From the sequence record NZ_CP028351.1: 64,000 nucleotides of DNA; one strand, written 5' to 3'. This document shows positions 1 to 8,900 of the stretch, one piece after another (positions within the stretch are counted from its first letter, which is position 1; each line of letters starts with the position of its first letter). The notes under the pieces are model-generated. The model searched no databases. It had not been told where the DNA came from and saw only the letters and a list, made by a program, of their open reading frames with translations. Source of the DNA: a plasmid. The translations under genes were made by a program, and so were the position numbers.

Positions 1-418
1 AGATCGGTGCGATATCGGCGGGCGCACCGGCGTAATGCACCGGAATAATGGCGCGGGTGCGTGGCGTAATAGCCTGAGCTATCCGTTCCGGCGTCACCAT
101 CAGGTTGTCCGGATCCACATCAATCATGACGGGCGTGGCACCCAGCAGCGTAATCAGGTTCAGGGTTGAAACCCAGGTCATGGATGGCGTGATCACCTCA
201 TCGCCAGGCCCGATCCCCATCGCCATCAGCGTGACATGCATCCCGGCAGTAGCCGAGCTCACTGCAATGGCATGCTGGTTGCCGGTCAGCTGAACAAAGG
301 CCTGCTCCAGTTCGGCGCATTTCGCCCCGGTTGTTATCCATCCGGAGTCGAATACCGCTTTAACAGCAGCCAGCTCCTCATCACCGAATGAAGGGCGGGA
401 AAATGGCAAAAAATCCAT
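1..418 (-). CDS. arnB: UDP-4-amino-4-deoxy-L-arabinose--oxoglutarate aminotransferase, N-terminal part; the gene continues beyond the window start
   Basis: Reverse-strand translation from the ATG at 418 gives [111 protein letters not shown]... This is near-colinear with E. coli ArnB ([36 protein letters not shown]...[17 protein letters not shown]...). Confidence 0.85.
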   Translation of the reverse strand, partial: MDFLPFSRPSFGDEELAAVKAVFDSGWITTGAKCAELEQAFVQLTGNQHAIAVSSATAGMHVTLMAMGIGPGDEVITPSMTWVSTLNLITLLGATPVMIDVDPDNLMVTPERIAQAITPRTRAIIPVHYAGAPADIAPI

Positions 419-915
419 GCTAAAACTCCTGCAAATCAAACCCATAAACTGTCGCGCGTTGTTAATCGGATACAACGCCGGAAAAGAACTGTAATAGCGA
501 TTTATCAATGTCTGGCAGGCAGATAAGTCATAACAGGTTTCCCGTTATGGAATTAAGGTTACCGGACTGCTAATACAAGCTAACGTATGAAAGTTAACTG
601 AACATTAAATGAATAGGTTTAATTACAATAAAATCAACAGGGATTCAGTTAATGGATTCCTGAAAAGTTCACTATTATTTCAATAATATTTCCCCGGCAC
701 TCAACTCTTTTTGATTTATTGATATTTTGTTTATAAAACAGCAAGCCCGGCCTGTTGTCAGCTCAGATATAGCTCGCCTGACATCAATTCCCGCGCAGAA
801 TAAAAATGTAAGCCACTGATTAAAATAAGCTAATTTCAGATTGTGAATTGCCGAATCAATGTCGTCACATACTTCCAGTCAGGATTTCAGTAAAATGACA
901 GATTAATAAAGTCGC

Positions 916-932
916 CTTAATGTATTCTTAAT
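916..932 (+). promoter_or_regulatory. Candidate PmrA box: the direct repeat CTTAAT-N5-CTTAAT
   Basis: The sequence ccCTTAATgtattCTTAATattt is an exact match to the YTTAAK-N5-YTTAAK PmrA-box consensus. It lies in the AT-rich arnB / yceI-like intergenic region. In this orientation the downstream gene is the YceI-like CDS, not arnB. Confidence 0.4.
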
Positions 933-1110
933 ATTTCCCGTTATTAATGTTCCGCTACCCGGAGTAATCATTACATTTTGGTGAATCTGAGGTGACAGTC
1001 AGTTAATATCTTTCAGATTATCTGTGCCTCTGTGGTAAAAGCAGTGCGAATAAAAGCGAATAAGATCGCGGTTTCAGGCATTAACGTTTGGTCTTTCTGA
1101 AAGAGAAAAA

Positions 1111-1692
1111 GTGATGATTCGTGCCGCCTGTTTATGCACTCTGTTTGCCCTGATCAGCCCGGTGCTCTGTGCCGCGCCGGTAACCTATGCCATTACCCCC
1201 GATAAAACGTCGATTGGCCTTTCGTGGCGTGCCTTTGGACATGACTTTTCGCAGGCCAGACTGCAGGGCGTGACCGGCATGGTTACGCTTAATCCTGATG
1301 AAGATCGTGACGATCGTATTGAAGTGAATATTCCGGTGGGAACGCTGGTCGCCTCGAACAGCCTGTTAACCTGGCAACTGAAAAGTGATCTGTTTTTTGA
1401 TGCAGAGCGCTACCCGCAGATTCATTTCGTCAGCAGTCGCGTGGCTGCGCTGGGTGACGGTAATTACCGGATTTTTGGCACGCTGACGGTTAAAGCTGTC
1501 AGCCGGCCGGTGGTGATGCTGGCCTCGCTGGACAGCGGGAAGACGCTCGTTCCTGCCTCTCGCTTGCTGGCACTGCATGCTTCCACCGCCATCTCTCGCT
1601 CCGCCTTCGGTATGGATCGGCTGGTCGGGGTAGTTGACGATCGGGTAAATATTGCGCTTAAGATTGCAGCGCAGGTCAGAGAGCCGCGCTGA
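1111..1692 (+). CDS. YceI-family periplasmic protein (polyisoprenoid-binding) with a signal peptide
   Basis: The 193-aa product has the N-terminal signal MMIRAACLCTLFALISPVLCA and YceI-like motifs (the likely start is the ATG at 1114). It is GC-rich and lies in a clean ORF. Confidence 0.75.
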   Translation: MMIRAACLCTLFALISPVLCAAPVTYAITPDKTSIGLSWRAFGHDFSQARLQGVTGMVTLNPDEDRDDRIEVNIPVGTLVASNSLLTWQLKSDLFFDAERYPQIHFVSSRVAALGDGNYRIFGTLTVKAVSRPVVMLASLDSGKTLVPASRLLALHASTAISRSAFGMDRLVGVVDDRVNIALKIAAQVREPR

Positions 1693-1739
1693 TTGCCACC
1701 GCTGCGCATGCCGCAGGATAAGGTAAGCGCTGCCTGTCA

Positions 1740-2080
1740 TGTTTCAGCGGTGGACGCCAGTTGCGCTGAGAGGTTGCGGCCAATCAGTGCGTATTGATAA
1801 CCGTCGCGCATCCACCAGGCCAGCTGCATGCCGTGACGCTGTTGGCGAGCAATCGGGTTCGTGTCTTCGTGTCGTGCGATGCGGGCGAGATACAAAGCGC
1901 CATCGGGCCATAATCCGCGTGCAACCAGGCGATCTGCGCAATTGACGTCCGTTCGTAGCGCAGGATATGCACCATTTTCAGTTCAGCACCCGCTATGCGC
2001 AGTTGATGAAACCTGCCAGAGACACTCCGCCAGCGCGGCGCTATACGGTAAACAGCTCAGCACCGGTTTCTATTCAATAA
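1740..2080 (-). pseudogene. Degraded gene remnant with no intact ORF
   Basis: Minus-strand reading gives fragments in two frames (MVHILRYERTSIAQIAWLHADYGPMALCI... and ...HGMQLAWWMRDGYQYALIGRNLSAQLASTAET*). This fits a frameshifted remnant between the YceI-like gene and the oxidoreductase. Confidence 0.25.
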
Positions 2081-2116
2081 AAATAAACTTATTTTTTGTC
2101 AGCCTGCCATGCCGAA

Positions 2117-3130
2117 TCAGATCAGCACGTTTTCCACCTGACAGAAACGCCTTTCCGTCAGGGACATCACCGCGGCTTCCGCAATCGCCTGTGCCCTGAG
2201 GCCATCCTCCAGACCAGGCAGATCCCCAACCTGCTCCCCGTTCAGCGTTCGGATAAATGCATCCAGATGAGCATAATAGGTTGGCTGCACCCGGCTGAAC
2301 CAGTCTGGCAGCAGCCCAGGCTGCTGAATCTGCGCGCCCTGATAACAGCTGACTCCGCGCTGCGGCTGGGAGGCCGATTCCAGCATGCCGTTTGCCCCCA
2401 TCACACTGATGCGTTCGTCATAGCCATAGCCGGTGCGGCGGGCATTATCGAGCTGTGCCAGCGCCCCGCTCTGCAGCCGCAACAGCAGCGTGCTGGTATC
2501 CACGTCGGCGAATTCGCCGATCAAAGGTAGTGCCAGCGCGGCCCCCATCGCCGCCACTTCCGTTACCTCTTCTTCTGTCAGCCAGCGCAGCAGGTCAAAA
2601 AAGTGGATAGCCTGATCGCGCATCTGACCGCCGGACGTCTGAAGATAGGCCAGCGGCGGCATGGACGAAGAACGGCAGACCATCTGAATCAGTTCTGCCG
2701 GACCAATCCGCCCCTGACGGAGTTGCTGCTTTAGCTGCTGATGGCTGACATCAAAACGGCGATTAAACCCCACCGTGACCGGCACGTTGTAAGGGAGGAC
2801 GTTAGCCACGGCCTTACGGGCACGCTCAAGAGAGAGATCGACCGGCTTTTCACAGTAGATTGCTTTACCGGCGCGGGCAGCGGCTTCAAGCAAATCCGCA
2901 TGGGTTGGCGTCGCGCTAGCGATAAGCACCATGTCAATTTGCGGATCGTTTATCGCTTCAGTCACGGACGCGACCCGGGCATCATAGCGGGTCGCAAAGT
3001 CGGCAGCGCGCGACGGTTCCGCATCCGCCACCCACACCAGCTCTACTCCGGGATGGGCCTGAAGATTCGCGGCATGAACTTCACCAATAAAGCCACACCC
3101 CAGCAGGGCAACACGTTGCTTTTTATTCAT
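2117..3130 (-). CDS. Gfo/Idh/MocA-family NAD-dependent oxidoreductase (inositol 2-dehydrogenase-like)
   Basis: N-terminal Rossmann motif VALLGCGFIGEVHAANL and the conserved EKP motif (AIYCEKPV). It is 337 aa and divergent from the LacI regulator. Confidence 0.85.
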   Translation of the reverse strand: MNKKQRVALLGCGFIGEVHAANLQAHPGVELVWVADAEPSRAADFATRYDARVASVTEAINDPQIDMVLIASATPTHADLLEAAARAGKAIYCEKPVDLSLERARKAVANVLPYNVPVTVGFNRRFDVSHQQLKQQLRQGRIGPAELIQMVCRSSSMPPLAYLQTSGGQMRDQAIHFFDLLRWLTEEEVTEVAAMGAALALPLIGEFADVDTSTLLLRLQSGALAQLDNARRTGYGYDERISVMGANGMLESASQPQRGVSCYQGAQIQQPGLLPDWFSRVQPTYYAHLDAFIRTLNGEQVGDLPGLEDGLRAQAIAEAAVMSLTERRFCQVENVLI

Positions 3131-3238
3131 TTATTTGAACTCCATCATAGTCCGGCAGAAAGCTGCACCGGCAGCATAACGCGGCGTTTTACACTTACGG
3201 CATGATGTTTTGAGGTGTTTACCTCAGAGGAGAGCGGC

Positions 3239-4249
3239 ATGTCGCTGAAAGAGGTCGCCCGACGGGCAGGTGTGGGACTGGCAACCGTGGATCGGGTGCT
3301 TAATGAACGTGGCGGCGTCGCGCCGGAGACGGTTCACAGAGTACTGCAGGCAGCACGGGAAATAGGTCTGAAGCGTATCCTGCCTGAAGAGCATCGTCAT
3401 CCGTGGCAGATAGAACTGCTGTTGAGCAGCAACGATTCGTTTTTCTTTAAGCAACTGGCGCAGGATTTTACAGAGGTCGCCTCGCATCTGGGCTATCGCC
3501 GGTTAACGCTGCATCGCACCTTTGTTCCGGAAGCACAGCCCGGGCGACTGGCTAGGCTTATCAGACAGGGAGCAGAGACACGGGATGGACTGATCGTTTT
3601 TGGACATGAGCATCCGGCGATTTATGAGGCGCTGGAACATTGCCAGGTGCGTGGTGTACCTGTGATCTCGCTGGTCACCGATTTGCCTGGTGCTGCCCGG
3701 CTCTGTCATGTCGGGATCAACCAGCTGCAGGCAGGACGCACCGCCGCTCAGCTTATGGGTAAAATGCTGCATCAGCCCGGTGAGGTATTGATGGTCAGTG
3801 GTCACAGGGATTACAGCGCGCATCGTCAGCGCATTGAAGGATTTTGCACGCTGATGACTGAACGCTATCCCCATCTTCGTCTGCGTGAAGTTCTGGCCGC
3901 TCAGGAAAATCGCGAAATAATCAGTAAGTTGCTGGAGAAACAGCTGGTTCGGAGCGGAAATCTGTTGGGAATTTACAACACCGGGCTGGGGAATACCGAA
4001 ATCGGACAGGCGCTGGCACGGCATCGCCAGCTGAATCAGTGCGTCTGGGTCACCCATGAACTTTACGCCACGACACGCACGCTGATGGCGCATCAGAGCG
4101 TTGCGCTGACGCTGGATCAGAATACCCGGCAGCATGCTCAGTTGGCGGTACAGCTGATGCTGAATTATCTGGAGCAGAAAGTGAAACCCGATGAGTATGC
4201 CAGTGGAAAAGTAGACTTCATGATTTATACAGCCGAGAACGCGTTATGA
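3239..4249 (+). CDS. LacI-family transcriptional regulator
   Basis: N-terminal HTH MSLKEVARRAGVGLATVDRVLN, followed by a periplasmic-binding-like sugar domain. A GAGGAG SD precedes the ATG at 3239. Confidence 0.85.
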   Translation: MSLKEVARRAGVGLATVDRVLNERGGVAPETVHRVLQAAREIGLKRILPEEHRHPWQIELLLSSNDSFFFKQLAQDFTEVASHLGYRRLTLHRTFVPEAQPGRLARLIRQGAETRDGLIVFGHEHPAIYEALEHCQVRGVPVISLVTDLPGAARLCHVGINQLQAGRTAAQLMGKMLHQPGEVLMVSGHRDYSAHRQRIEGFCTLMTERYPHLRLREVLAAQENREIISKLLEKQLVRSGNLLGIYNTGLGNTEIGQALARHRQLNQCVWVTHELYATTRTLMAHQSVALTLDQNTRQHAQLAVQLMLNYLEQKVKPDEYASGKVDFMIYTAENAL

Positions 4250-4878
4250 AGCAAACCAACACCTCATACTCTCCACCGGGGGCCGCATTTTCGTTATAGA
4301 TGCCAGCCGTTGAATCTGTTTAGGCTATTGATAATGGCAAAGCGGACAAACCACTTTTAACCTCATGCAGCCTCACTTTTACTCTGCACTTCTGTATTGC
4401 AATCGCCTCAGAACGTCAAAAAACGCCGACATACAGTTTTTAAAACTGCCCATCCCCTAAATATTAAAATATAAATCTATATACACTCAATTTGTTATTT
4501 TAATATTCCACTCCATTTCTGAGTTGTTATCATCGCCTCGAATCCGACAGACCATCACCGCATGCAGTGAAAAACTTTCCAGATTAACCATTCTGGACCC
4601 GGGTCGTTGAACAGAATGAGTAATTCAGGAGCTGGCATGCTAAGGCGCATCACTGATAAAGCACGTTTTGTATAAGGTTTGATAAATATCAAGCCTGCCT
4701 GGATTTTTATGGGTAGTTTCCCGTTACGCTTTCACTTTATGACAGTGCGATGCTAAATTCTCATCGGTTTGAGGCAGGGAAACGTCCAGCGCTTTGAATA
4801 TAAGCGGACTGAGCAGTAGGTTATCCTGAATTTTATCTCCACCGGTAACGGTGCCTGGCGGATTAATGAGAGCGTGGT

Positions 4879-5322
4879 TTGGAACAGTGTTTATCTCCGG
4901 TGCGCACCACCACAGAAAGAGTGCTGCACGCCGTTATTTTCGAAGTCGTTGCTAATGTCCTGGTATTCATCATTCTGATTAATTTTGCCTCGGCAGCACC
5001 TTCGCAATCGGCACTGTTGACTATAGTTTCATCAACGCTGGCGATGGGATGGAACTATCTGTTCAACCTGATTTTTGACAGCGTTCAGCTGCAAACCGGA
5101 TTTAAAAAAGACTGGCGAATAAGATGTCTCCATGCCGTTTTATTTGAGGCAGGTCTGTTATTCGTATTGATACCTTTTGCAGCATGGTGGCTGGATATTA
5201 CGCTACTCGCAGCGCTGAAACTGGAATGTGGATTGGTGCTGTTTTTTCTGGTTTATGCTTATCTGTTTAATCTGATATGGGATTACGGTAGGGCTGCAGT
5301 AAAAATCATTAAAAAACAATAA
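4879..5322 (+). CDS. PACE-family (AceI-like) efflux transporter with two BTP domains
   Basis: RVLHAVIFEVVANVLVFIIL...GWNYLFNLIFDSV...RIRCLHAVLFEAGLLFVLIPFAAWWLDITLLAALKLECGLVLFFLVYAYLFNLIWDY aligns colinearly with Acinetobacter AceI (RLIHAISYEG...FWNMIFNHYFE...RILHAIGFEGGLL...). The start may be the GTG at 4900. Confidence 0.75.
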   Translation: MEQCLSPVRTTTERVLHAVIFEVVANVLVFIILINFASAAPSQSALLTIVSSTLAMGWNYLFNLIFDSVQLQTGFKKDWRIRCLHAVLFEAGLLFVLIPFAAWWLDITLLAALKLECGLVLFFLVYAYLFNLIWDYGRAAVKIIKKQ

Positions 5323-5557
5323 ATTATAAAATCAATAAGGTGAAAACTGATTTTTTAACCTTCCGCTTAGCCAGGTCAGTGAAGCGTCAGAGGCGACACT
5401 GCGCATCTGAACGCATCCAGTGCGTAAGGACACACGTATATCAGTTGTCAGGTTATTATTTATTTTACTGGCAGCATCGATAGCACAGCGAGTCAGCTTA
5501 GTTAAAGTTAAGACCGCGCATAAGCTCAATTTAACAGGTTAACTTCAGCAAAAAATT

Positions 5558-5761
5558 ATGAACAAAATCTACTATCTGAATAAGTTAAGAAACTGCCCGT
5601 CAACCGATATCCTGGATATCGTGACAAGCTATATGCGGAAAAAACTTCCTTCTGACGATCTCTCTTCTTTTGAGGGCGCATACGATCATCGCAAAGCCGA
5701 ACTAATAATGAATGAGACTTACAACGAAGTGCCTGCGGAAGTCTGGCGATTAGTTTGCTGA
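5558..5761 (+). CDS. hha-like: Hha/YmoA-family nucleoid-associated modulator (H-NS co-regulator)
   Basis: MNKIYYLNKLRNCPSTDILDIVTSYMRKKLPSDDLSSFEGAYDHRKAELIMNETYNEVPAEVWRLV matches the Hha/YmoA signature (LRRC.S.DTLE...[30 protein letters not shown]..VW). Confidence 0.8.
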   Translation: MNKIYYLNKLRNCPSTDILDIVTSYMRKKLPSDDLSSFEGAYDHRKAELIMNETYNEVPAEVWRLVC

Positions 5762-5949
5762 CGCTGAAATAAGCAGAGAAAATTAACATTAATACATTAT
5801 CCGCTGAAAAATTACTGCACTGCTGATTATCCTTTTTCGTCTTACAGGTACGTCCGCGGACTGATATTTTCCAGCAGGGATAATGTATCGATAAGTCAGA
5901 GCATCACCCCTTCATGTAGTGATGCTCTGATATTATTCAGACACGGATA

Positions 5950-8900
5950 TCAGAAGTGATATGACAGGCCGATCATACCACTGTAATCCGTTTTAAATTC
6001 ACCACCCAAACTGCTCTCTACTTTCGCATTTAGTGAAAGGCCAGGCGCGACAATACCTTCCAGCCCTACACTGCCACGATAACGGTTATCTGACCAGGCG
6101 CTGTATTGCCGGTTTGACTGACGATCGGAAAGTGTGGTTGTGGAGCCATTATTACCAGGTGAATACTGATAGGCCAGACTGGCATTGACGTTAATATTCG
6201 GCATTAATGCGCCCAGACCGCGTTTCTGCACCATGAACCCGCTGCTGGTGAAGTAAGGTGTGGATGAACTTAACGAAACTGACGCATCTTCCCCTTTCAG
6301 GGTATAGCCGGACATGACACCAGCGGTCACACCAACAAACGGTGAGATAAACAGAGTATCGTTAGCCAGCGCAAACTCATAGCCAGTGCGCAGGCTGCCT
6401 GCCAGCATATGGCTGTCCTTTTTCATGCCATTAATATTTAAAGCAGGATCCAGCGTTATCTCCTGATTCAGATACATATAACGACTGGCCGCATCAAAGA
6501 ACCATCCGGCATCAGCCTGCCAGGAATAAAATGCACCGACAGTAGCCAGTCGATGCTTTTCATGACCCTCCCCTTTTACCTCACCCTGCGTATAACTGGC
6601 GCTGATACCGGCTGTTTGCTTGTCGCTGCGGGTATCCCAGCCCACATTCAGTGTTTGCTGGTTGACGTCGAGTCCAAGAAAATGCCCTTTTTTCTGCTCT
6701 ATTGTTGCCCATGATCCGCTGCTTTCTGGCGCGGCGCGCAGACTGTCAGTGCGGTTATGCAACTGACTGACCGCTTCACTGAAAATGTACTGCCGCGAGG
6801 CGATTAAGGCACGCGTGCGCTGGATCAATGGCAGGTTGTCGTAAACAGAGAACCAGTCATCCGGATTGAACGCCGGCTTTTTGGCTTCCTCTTCTGCTTT
6901 CGCTGCTTCCTCTTTCGCTTTTTTTTCAGCTTCGGCTTTTGCCTCAGCCTCTGCTTTGGAATTAGCTTCTTCCTCTGCTTTCGCTTTCTCTACAGCAGCT
7001 TGCTCAGCAGTAGCATTATCCGCTGACGAAGCATCTGTAGCAGGCGCTGGCTCTGGCGTTACTTCTGGCTCAGGGGTAACTTCCGGTGCTGGCGACAATT
7101 CCGGCTCAGGCGTGACTTCCGGTGCTGGTGTCAGTTCTGGCGCTGGCGTCGGTTCCGGCGCAGGCGTCACTTCCGGTGCTGGCGTCGGTTCCGGCTCAGG
7201 CGTGACTTCCGGCTCAGCCGACTTATTACTTTCCAGCACCCACAAAACACGGTCCTTATTGTCTTTCACCTGATAATTGGGGGTGTAAACGCTAAATCCG
7301 CTGTAGCTGTCTGCAAAAGAGAAATAGCTGTGCGACGTGCCAGCAGGTGCATCAACCATTACCAGATCCTGGGCCAGCGCAACTTCGTCTTCACTTCCGA
7401 TTAGCAGACTTACGTCCAGCAGGTTGTCGCCACCACTCACCGAATTTTTTACAATCAGTTTGTCGCTTTCCAGTGTGGAGGGTTTAACGCCTAACATCAG
7501 ATTTAACCCGGTCGCATCCAGCGTATCGACATTCAGTGTTTTGGCGCTCCAGCGGCCTGAAGGCACCATTGAAAGTGTCGAACCACGTCTCGCCAGAAGT
7601 GAACTGATATTACTGTTGCCGGTCATCGTCCAGTTCGCATTGGCATCCAGCGTCATAAGGCTGCTGCCTGTTGATGTTACGGCCCCCTGATAGTTAACCT
7701 TACCAAGATAAAGTGAGGCATTGTTAGCCAACTGAACATCGCCTTCCACTTCGCTGGCGGGCAGCAGTGCCAGTGCATCCGCGCTTCGCACTGGCTGACT
7801 GCAGGAAACATCATCAGAATAGATGGCAGAATAGCAACGCCAGCTTTTCTCGCCTGCAAGCTCGCTATCGTTGTAGCCAAAAGAGAGTTTTGACGAATCA
7901 GCAGCAACAATGTTGGCTTTCACGCCAGCATATTCTCCCACCTGGAAATTCGCACCAGTACCTACATTGATCTGATCGGCTTTAAACAGTGAAGTGTTCC
8001 AGTCGTCATCAACGATAACGCCTCCCGCATGTGGAACCGGCTGACCAGAGAGCACCACCGTGCCATTCTCAACATTGAGATTGCCATTCAGGTTCATGCC
8101 CCCCGTAAGTGCAGTAATGGCCGTAGCGTTGTGCGGCAGGATATTCACGTTCATCACGCCGTTAAGCGCCTTCTCCAGGGTTTCTCCCAGAAAGCCTCGG
8201 AATACCTGAATATTAAGCTGTGTGAGGCGATGGTTGATCGCTTCATCCGCATCGGTTCCAAGATACGTCCAGGTCGATGTCGAGGTTTTATCGGTTGGGA
8301 AATACCAGTAGGATGAGGTATTTAATTGAAAATACTCGGTATCTTTGGTGTAGGGGTTTTTATACACATAGATATTACCTGGTGTTCCTTTTGGGTTACT
8401 GCCCGTAAATGTATAAAAGGGAACGTCTGCGGCGTTATAGCCCGTAATGTTCAGCGTTGCTGCGGCAGCACTGTGGTTTACCAGCGTAGCATCGCTATCT
8501 GTATGGTTAATCCTTTTAAAACTCAGCGCGTTTCCATTCAAATCTAAACGGCCCCCACGATAGCCAAAGTAGATCTGATCAGTCGCAACCTGACTTTCAT
8601 CATTCAGTACCACGGTTGGCCGACCACTCACTAAAGTGACTGACGAAAACGCCTGTTTATTGCCTGAGGCATCAGCTTGTTGATCGAGGATAACGGTACC
8701 CTCTCCCACATTCAGTGAACCCGAGTTTGTGCCAATGGCATTGATATGCAGTGTACCTGCGCCGATTTTATGCAGCGCATCGCTTGCCACGCCATTGACC
8801 TGCCACAGAACCTCTTTGTCCGCGTCAACCTCAATGCCGCCGCCAGCCCAGGTCGCATTGACGCCGTCGGCAGACGAGACAGTGTAGTTATTGGAAAACT

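Noticed and set aside
105-293. 62-aa plus-strand ORF near the window start
   Set aside because: It lies entirely antisense within the well-supported arnB coding region, and the arnB frame explains the sequence.
1366-1740. Minus-strand ORFs (124 aa and 81 aa) overlapping the YceI-like gene
   Set aside because: They are antisense to a CDS with a clear signal peptide and family match. GC-rich DNA often yields long spurious antisense ORFs.
5332-5529. 65-aa minus-strand ORF downstream of the PACE gene
   Set aside because: It has no SD or family signature, sits in AT-rich DNA, and is probably spurious.
6866-7273. 135-aa plus-strand ORF rich in Ala, Ser and Gly inside the SPATE gene
   Set aside because: It is antisense to the Pro/Glu repeat linker of the autotransporter and a low-complexity artefact of the repeat.
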